Source: Pseudomonadota bacterium (GTDB lineage: Bacteria; Bdellovibrionota_B; Oligoflexia; Oligoflexales; CAIYRB01). Taken from it: a stretch of 60,282 nucleotides of DNA. The DNA lies in the NCBI GenBank assembly GCA_031416315.1, contig JANOTL010000054.1, forward strand, positions 1 to 60,282, read 5' to 3'. This document shows positions 54,350-60,282 of the stretch, in pieces. The stretch's first letter is position 1; every line of letters starts with the position of its first letter. The notes beneath the pieces are model-generated. The model made no database searches. It saw only the letters and a list, made by a program, of their open reading frames with translations, and was not told the origin of the DNA. Made by a program: the position numbers and the translations under genes.

Positions 54350-56160
54350 GCTTTTGCGGCCGCCTCGAGCTGCTCGACCGAGCCCTTCGAGACCTTCAGG
54401 CTCTGGCGCCAAAAATCCGGCTTGGTCAGGTCGGCGCCGAGGTGCTTCGCCGCCACGTCTTCGGCCGTCATGCGGCCGGTCTCGCGCAGGAGCTCGACGT
54501 AGGCGGGGAAGAACTTGTCGCGCAAGCGCTCGCGTTGCGCGTAGACACCGAGCGAGAACAGGTACCCGAACGTGTAGGGGAAGTTGTAGAAGCTGATGTC
54601 TGCGATCGAGAAATGCAGCTTGTTCGCCCAGAACATCGGGTCCATCTCGGACAGCGTGTCGCCGTACCAGGTCTCCCACGAGGCGGCCATCAGCTTCTTG
54701 AAGTCTTCGGGGGCCAAGGCGCCTTGCGGCCTTTGCTCGTAGAAGCGCTTCTCGAACTCGTAGCGCGCCGGGATGTTCAGCACGAACGAGTCGACCTGCC
54801 GCGCGGCCGTCCACGCGACGTTGAGCCGCGCCGCGGCGTCCAGGCCCGAGCCGAGCAGATAATTGGTGACCACGGTCTCGCCGAAGATCGAGGCGGTCTC
54901 CGCTAGCGTCATCGGATAATACGTCTGCACGACCGGCAGATCGCGCATCACCCAGGAATGGAAGGCGTGCCCGAGCTCATGCGCCAAGGTCATCACCTCG
55001 CGCATGCCGCCGTTGTAAGTCATGTAGACGCGCGGCGTGCGCGACTTCGCGAAACCTGTGCAGTATGCGCCGGGGCGTTTCGAGCCGCCGACGCGGCCCT
55101 CGATCCAGTTGTTCTTCGCCATCATGCGCACGAACTCGCCCATCTCCGGAGCAACGGAGCCGTACGCGGTCGCGATCAGGTCGATCGCCTCGGCGTAGGT
55201 CGGCTTCTTCCAGCCGTCGCCCGCCCCCTTCTTCGGGCAAGGCGCGAACATGTCCCAGGGGCCCAGGCGCTCCTTCCCGAGGAGCTTCGCCTGCGCGCGA
55301 AGGCTCCGTTGGCCGAGCTCTTTCGCCTCTCCGATCGCGGTCATCATCGCGTCCAGGGTTTCGCGCCGGATCTTGCCCGAGTGGAGCGGCATGTCGAGAA
55401 AGTGCATCGGCTTTTGCGCCGAGCGCTTCTTGTAGACCGAGTGGCGCCAGCCGGAGAGCGCGTTCAGGATCGACGCGACCGCCTCCTCATGCTTCTCCCA
55501 GCCGGCGTTGATGCCGCGGAACGCAGCCTTGCGGACGCTCTCGTCCTCGTTCTGCGAAAGCGAGGCCGCCTCGGCCAAGCCGAGCGTCTTGCCGTTCACT
55601 TCGCACTGCACCGTGCCCGACAGGTTGTCGTAGAGAGTGCCCCAGGCCTCGGGGCCGTCAGTGCCGAGCGCGACGATCAAGTCCTCTTCTGCGAGAGAGA
55701 GCGCGTGCTCCTTCAGCTTGCGCTCTTCCATCAGTTGAAAGCGCTCCGGAGCCGTGTGATCGGCAGATAGATAGCGCTCGACCAGCTCGTCCGTCGTGAG
55801 CTTCAGGAACAGCTCGAACGGGTTGTAGCTTTGCTTCAGGGAGGACCACATTTGGCGCACGCGGCTCAGCGAGGCCTTTGCCGCCCCATGGCGCGCGTCG
55901 ACTGAAAGCTCGCACGAGAGGTAGGTCTCGACGTTTTGGAGAAGCTTCACCGCGTCCTGATAGAGGCTTGAAGCTTGACGGCAGGTGCCGACGGCTTTTT
56001 CGCCATCCGTCGCAGAAAGCTGCGGACCAAGCGTTACCAAACGGGCGATGAGAGCAGTCGCCGCGTCGAGGTCCTGCGCGAGTTGAGGCGCTTCGACCCC
56101 GGTGTATTCACTGGACAGATCCCAGGCGGGTCCGTGGTAGCGCGTATCGTCTTGAGCCAT
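54346..56160 (-). CDS. pepF: M3B oligoendopeptidase F
   Basis: WDLS, KRPGAYC, TLAHELGHAFH, AETASIF, FYNFPYTFG. Confidence 0.93.
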   Translation of the reverse strand: MAQDDTRYHGPAWDLSSEYTGVEAPQLAQDLDAATALIARLVTLGPQLSATDGEKAVGTCRQASSLYQDAVKLLQNVETYLSCELSVDARHGAAKASLSRVRQMWSSLKQSYNPFELFLKLTTDELVERYLSADHTAPERFQLMEERKLKEHALSLAEEDLIVALGTDGPEAWGTLYDNLSGTVQCEVNGKTLGLAEAASLSQNEDESVRKAAFRGINAGWEKHEEAVASILNALSGWRHSVYKKRSAQKPMHFLDMPLHSGKIRRETLDAMMTAIGEAKELGQRSLRAQAKLLGKERLGPWDMFAPCPKKGAGDGWKKPTYAEAIDLIATAYGSVAPEMGEFVRMMAKNNWIEGRVGGSKRPGAYCTGFAKSRTPRVYMTYNGGMREVMTLAHELGHAFHSWVMRDLPVVQTYYPMTLAETASIFGETVVTNYLLGSGLDAAARLNVAWTAARQVDSFVLNIPARYEFEKRFYEQRPQGALAPEDFKKLMAASWETWYGDTLSEMDPMFWANKLHFSIADISFYNFPYTFGYLFSLGVYAQRERLRDKFFPAYVELLRETGRMTAEDVAAKHLGADLTKPDFWRQSLKVSKGSVEQLEAAAKA

Positions 56161-56352
56161 GACGCATCGTCTCCCTACAAGAGGCCTCAGCCTATAGCAC
56201 CGGTTTCGCTCCCGCGACCGCGCCAATTCGACATAGAACGCATCTTGATATGCTTAAAATATATGCAATCGACCTTGCGCCATTCTATGAATCATTTTAT
56301 AAGCCGCCAGTCCAAACTGGCGGGCCAGCCAAGGAACATCAAGGGGGATTTC

Positions 56353-57207
56353 GTGAGTCTTTTCGGCGCACAGCGCACACTCTTCGGCGCGCTTCTCGTC
56401 ATTCTGGCGGCTCTCCCGACGCCTGTCCTCGCCGACGACGAAGGCGCGACTCCCGATGTGTGCTACGGCCGCGAGAATACGTGCAAAACCCCGGAGCAGC
56501 TGAAGGCCCAAGGGATCATTGGCGTTCGCATCCGGGTGCAGAGCCTTCGCCGCGACGAGCTCGAGGGCACGACGACCTGGTCCCTCTTCGCCTACCGCGC
56601 GGGCAACCCCGGCAACGGCAACGCCGCGACTCCGGTCACCCTCGCCTATCAGCTCGACGGCATCATCAATGAGTTCGTCCAAGGCGAAGACCAAGTTCTC
56701 GCTGCCCAGGACCGCATCTGCGCTCCTCTCGTCGCCGCCGGCCTCGACTGCAGCCGCGACCTCCTCGACGGCAACTGGTTTACCTACGCCCTCGGGAACG
56801 GCAAAGCCCCCTTCACCGTGACCTTCGCGACGACCTCGACGACGCCGCTCGCGGCCTCGGGCACTTTCGAGTCGAAGCGCTGGGCCTGCCGCATCGACGA
56901 CCTCGAGAATGACACCGCCTTCGAGGCCGAGGTCGCCTGCAAGGGCAAGTACTACACCTCGCTTCGCCTCCTCTATCTGACCAACAACACGTACCTCCAG
57001 CTAAGCGACCTGAGCTGCGCCGAGACCGGCCGCCGCCGCGGCGCCACATTCGCCACCAACGGCCTCCCGGCCTGCGACGCGACCGCAACTTACGCCGCCG
57101 CCGACTGGCAGCCCTTCGGCCTCGAGAGCTTCAGCTACGCCCAGTCGAATGCGATCCGCATCTTCCTGAACGGCTCGAACGTCGCCCTCTACCGCATGGG
57201 CCTCTGA
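56353..57207 (+). CDS. Secreted Cys-rich hypothetical protein
   Basis: GTG start after AGGGGG; signal peptide ending VLA-DD; eight Cys. Confidence 0.7.
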   Translation: MSLFGAQRTLFGALLVILAALPTPVLADDEGATPDVCYGRENTCKTPEQLKAQGIIGVRIRVQSLRRDELEGTTTWSLFAYRAGNPGNGNAATPVTLAYQLDGIINEFVQGEDQVLAAQDRICAPLVAAGLDCSRDLLDGNWFTYALGNGKAPFTVTFATTSTTPLAASGTFESKRWACRIDDLENDTAFEAEVACKGKYYTSLRLLYLTNNTYLQLSDLSCAETGRRRGATFATNGLPACDATATYAAADWQPFGLESFSYAQSNAIRIFLNGSNVALYRMGL

Positions 57208-57369
57208 GCCGCGTTGCGGCCGACCACAAACGTAAGTAGTTGTAATATAAGAAGAAACCACGGCCTCCCCGACCCGCAGCCGAAAAAGCCTCTTGTTTCG
57301 CTTTGGCCGGAAAGGTGCTAGCATCGCCGATGTTCTCGATAACGCTGACTATTTTTCGGGTCTACCCGT

Positions 57370-58716
57370 TTGGCGCACCCACGTTTACTGCCGCTTCTCG
57401 CGCTTCTCGCTAGCGCTCCGGTCGCATCCGCCGCCGACGAGCCCCTGGGCTTCCGCGGTTCCGCCTCCTGGATCAATGCCTATGTACGCGCGATGGCGCT
57501 CGACGTTCCGCGCAATCCCGACAACCAGATCCTTCAGATCCCGCAAGATCGCCTCGTGTCGGAGCTGCGCCCCAGCTTCAAGCTCGTCAGCAGCTCGTTG
57601 CAGATCGTCGCCCGCCCGCGCCTGACTTTCGCGGCGGAGCGCACCGCCCTCGACGTCGCCCCTTCTTCTCCCGACGAGACCACGACAAGGCAGCCGTTCA
57701 AAGGGACATCGAATGTCATTTGGAGCGAGGCCTTCGCCCAATGGACCATGTCCGAGCATGCAACCCTCGCGTTCGGCCGCCAGAACTTCCAATGGGGCGC
57801 GGCCGAGTCGCTGAACCCGTCGAACCGCATCGTTCACGAGACCGTCCAGGCCAAGGGCGCCCTCTACGAAGTGACCGGGCGAAACATCGCGCGCCTCAAC
57901 CTCAGCGTGGGCAAATCCTGGTCGACCGTTCTAATGGGCGAGTTCGAGGAGAACGAGGACGTCGCCCCGTTCCGCAAGGACGAGGAGTTCGAGTCCAAGG
58001 GCCTCGTCAAGAACGAGATCTCCTGGAACGACGGCGCCGACTACTTCGGCGTCGTCATCGGCGGCCGCGAACGTCACCGCGGCTGGTTCGGCGAGTACGT
58101 GAACGTCACGGTTCCGTTCGTCGACGGCTTGGCCATCTACGCCGACGCCCGGCACGAGCGCGCCTCCGAGGCTTATTACCCGCGTGAAGAGCTCGTCCCG
58201 ACGCCAGCCGGTCCCGCCCCGCTCGTGCGGCTCGAGCAGACCAAGACCGACAAAGAGCGCACCTACACGCTCGCCGTTTACGGCTTGAAGTACGACTTCG
58301 AGGGCGGCAACTCGTTCCGCGGCGAGTACATCCTGAACGACGCCGGCTACTCAGAGGACGAGGCGCGTATGGCGTGGCGCCTCTTCGACCTGGAGAAAGC
58401 GCCGCAGCAGGCGCCCGATTTCGTCGAGAACGTCCAGCGCTCGATCGCCCCCGGCCTCGAGCTCCCCGGCAAGCGCTACGCCTACGCGTCGGCGCTCGTA
58501 CCGGATTTCTTCGGGGTGGACGACCTCATCATCGTCCTGCGCTCCCTCTTCTCCCTCTCCGACAAGTCGACGAACAGCTACGGCAGCCTCGAATACTCGC
58601 TGAAAGGCGCCGGCACTCTGATCCTCGCCGGCTCCGGCACGACGGGCGAAGAGAACGACGAGCTGAAAGGCTTCGTCTCGCCCACCGTAACCGTCGGCTA
58701 CAAGCACCTGTGGTGA
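57370..58716 (+). CDS. Outer-membrane beta-barrel-like protein associated with the ABC system
   Basis: Signal peptide; GRQNFQWG...LNPSN motif; terminal strand VTVGYKHLW. Confidence 0.7.
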   Translation: MAHPRLLPLLALLASAPVASAADEPLGFRGSASWINAYVRAMALDVPRNPDNQILQIPQDRLVSELRPSFKLVSSSLQIVARPRLTFAAERTALDVAPSSPDETTTRQPFKGTSNVIWSEAFAQWTMSEHATLAFGRQNFQWGAAESLNPSNRIVHETVQAKGALYEVTGRNIARLNLSVGKSWSTVLMGEFEENEDVAPFRKDEEFESKGLVKNEISWNDGADYFGVVIGGRERHRGWFGEYVNVTVPFVDGLAIYADARHERASEAYYPREELVPTPAGPAPLVRLEQTKTDKERTYTLAVYGLKYDFEGGNSFRGEYILNDAGYSEDEARMAWRLFDLEKAPQQAPDFVENVQRSIAPGLELPGKRYAYASALVPDFFGVDDLIIVLRSLFSLSDKSTNSYGSLEYSLKGAGTLILAGSGTTGEENDELKGFVSPTVTVGYKHLW

Positions 58717-58720
58717 ACGC

Positions 58721-59404
58721 ATGAATCCGACCCCCATCGTGCGTCTCGAAGGCGTCACCAAAACCTACCGTCTGGGTGAGACCACGGTCCCCGCCCTTCG
58801 TGGCGTCAGCCTCACGCTGAACAAGGGCGAGTTCACCGCCGTCATCGGCGCCTCGGGGTCCGGGAAGTCGACCCTCCTCAACATGATCGGCTGCATCGAC
58901 GACCCCGACGCCGGCAACATCTTGGTCGACGGCATCGAGGTCACCAAGCTCGACGACGACGCCAAGAGCCGGCTCCGGAATCGCAAGATCGGCTTCATCT
59001 TCCAGTCCTTCAACCTGATCCCGGTGCTCACCGTCTTCGAGAACGTCGAGCTGCCCCTCGTGATCAACTCCGACGTCACCGCGGAGAACCGCAAGGAGCG
59101 CGTCCTCACCGCGTTGAAGGACGTCGGCCTCGAGGACCGCGTCACCAACCTCCCCGACCAGCTGTCCGGCGGCCAGCGCCAGCGCGTCGCGATCGCGCGC
59201 GCCTTGGCCGGGAGCCCCGATCTGGTGCTCGCCGACGAGCCGACCGCCAACCTCGACTCGAAAACCTCGAGCATGATCATCGACCTGATGCTGGAGCTGA
59301 ACGTCCGCCGCAAGGTGACGTTCCTGTTCTCGACGCACGATGAGCGTCTGATGGAGCGCGTCTCGCGCATGGTGCACATCCAAGACGGGGTCATCCGCGC
59401 ATGA
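58721..59404 (+). CDS. LolD/MacB-type ABC ATP-binding protein
   Basis: GASGSGKST, GFIFQSFNL, LSGGQRQR, ADEPTANLD, THD. Confidence 0.95.
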   Translation: MNPTPIVRLEGVTKTYRLGETTVPALRGVSLTLNKGEFTAVIGASGSGKSTLLNMIGCIDDPDAGNILVDGIEVTKLDDDAKSRLRNRKIGFIFQSFNLIPVLTVFENVELPLVINSDVTAENRKERVLTALKDVGLEDRVTNLPDQLSGGQRQRVAIARALAGSPDLVLADEPTANLDSKTSSMIIDLMLELNVRRKVTFLFSTHDERLMERVSRMVHIQDGVIRA

Positions 59405-60282
59405 AGCGCACGACGTCGTGGCGCCTCGCGTGGAAGAACCTCGGGCGCAACCGCCGGCGGAACCTCGCGACCGGCTCGGCGATCGCGCTCGGGTTCGCCG
59501 CGCTCCTGGCGCTCGGCGGCTACATCACGCGCGTCGAGAACTACCTGCGCGTCTACACGATCTACGGCGCGCGCACCGGCCACCTCGTCGTCTACAAAAA
59601 AGACGGCTACGAGCGCTACTCGGTCAAACCGCGCGAATACAGCCTCACCGCCGAAGACCAGAAGCGGATCGAGGGCGCCCTCGCGCAGACGCGCAACGTC
59701 GAGGTTTTCGGCAAGACCCTTTTCGGCGCCGGCCTCCTCGGCAACGGCTGCAAGACCTTGCCTTTCATCGCCACCGGCATGGATCCGCAGCTCGAGAAGA
59801 AACTCCGCGAGCATCCCGAGGTCCGGCGCTGGACGCCGAACATGTCGGCCTACACCGCGGGAAAAGGCCTTTGGAACTACCCGGAGGCTCTCGGCGGCGT
59901 CGTCCTCTCCGACGGTCTCGCGCGCCTCCTCGGCAAGGGCAAGGTGCACGACGACTTTCCCCCCGACGCGAAAGCCGTGGTCGTCTCCGACTGCCTCGCG
60001 GCCGACGCCAAGGACAAGATCCTGAGCGACGCCAACGTGCAACTCGTCTCCGGCACCTGGAACGGCATGATGTCGGCGATCGACGGCGAGGTCGTCGGGC
60101 ACTACTCGACCGGCGTCACCGAGACCAACAACTCGGCGTTGATCGCTTCGCTCGGCCTCCTGCAGAAGCTCTACGACACCGACGCCGTGACCTTCTTCAA
60201 CGTCTGGCTCGAGGATCCTTCCCACTTGGACCGCACGATCTTCGAGCTCGACGCGCGGCTGAAGGCGGCCGGCGGCGACTAC
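59401..60282 (+). CDS. FtsX/LolCE-like ABC permease, truncated by the window end
   Basis: ATG overlaps the ATPase stop; MKRTTSWRLAWKNLGRNRRRNLATG..., TM1, TGHL, large periplasmic domain; frame open to the end of the window. Confidence 0.88.
   Translation, partial: MKRTTSWRLAWKNLGRNRRRNLATGSAIALGFAALLALGGYITRVENYLRVYTIYGARTGHLVVYKKDGYERYSVKPREYSLTAEDQKRIEGALAQTRNVEVFGKTLFGAGLLGNGCKTLPFIATGMDPQLEKKLREHPEVRRWTPNMSAYTAGKGLWNYPEALGGVVLSDGLARLLGKGKVHDDFPPDAKAVVVSDCLAADAKDKILSDANVQLVSGTWNGMMSAIDGEVVGHYSTGVTETNNSALIASLGLLQKLYDTDAVTFFNVWLEDPSHLDRTIFELDARLKAAGGDY

Noticed and set aside
1..60282. Many long overlapping or antisense ORFs (e.g. 2612-4465, 35249-36946, 43608-45623, 58765-60225)
   Set aside because: They are Arg/Ala/Pro-rich shadow frames typical of high-GC DNA, each overlapping a gene with clear family motifs.
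1..60282. CRISPR arrays, tRNA/rRNA genes, IS elements
   Set aside because: I saw no regularly spaced repeats, cloverleaf or rRNA signatures, or transposase/integrase motifs, and intergenic gaps are short.

Overview
High-GC bacterial chromosomal segment with about 58 tightly packed CDSs. I found no rRNA, tRNA, CRISPR array, integrase, transposase or phage genes. The many secreted and lipoprotein orphans (vWA/MIDAS lipoprotein, ricin-lectin lipoprotein, HAMP-only membrane protein, RdgC-like FLGREFLTWLW protein) suggest a Bdellovibrionota/Oligoflexia-like or other former deltaproteobacterial host (inference). Recognisable genes: SUV3-type helicase, DNA polymerase II, AdaA-AlkA and Ogt, an AS3MT/ArsM-type methyltransferase, ackA, beta-carbonic anhydrase, Dus, rsmE, prmA, Smr, mtnD, an OmpR-type two-component system, xth, pepF and two ABC systems. 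The strongest non-obvious signal is regulatory. Eight well-positioned sigma54 (-24/-12, GG-N10-GC) promoters sit in front of general-stress-type genes in three separate places, including back-to-back and face-to-face pairs, which points to a sigma54-driven general stress regulon; one of its operons ends in an unannotated 34-aa Lys-rich ORF. Other notable items are a lipoprotein/beta-barrel/atypical class III cyclase operon, sigma28-like promoters in front of surface proteins, a DnaA-box trio upstream of the RdgC-like gene, and a catalytically degenerate hydrolase-ricin lipoprotein. All calls are from motif reading by eye; no database searches were run.
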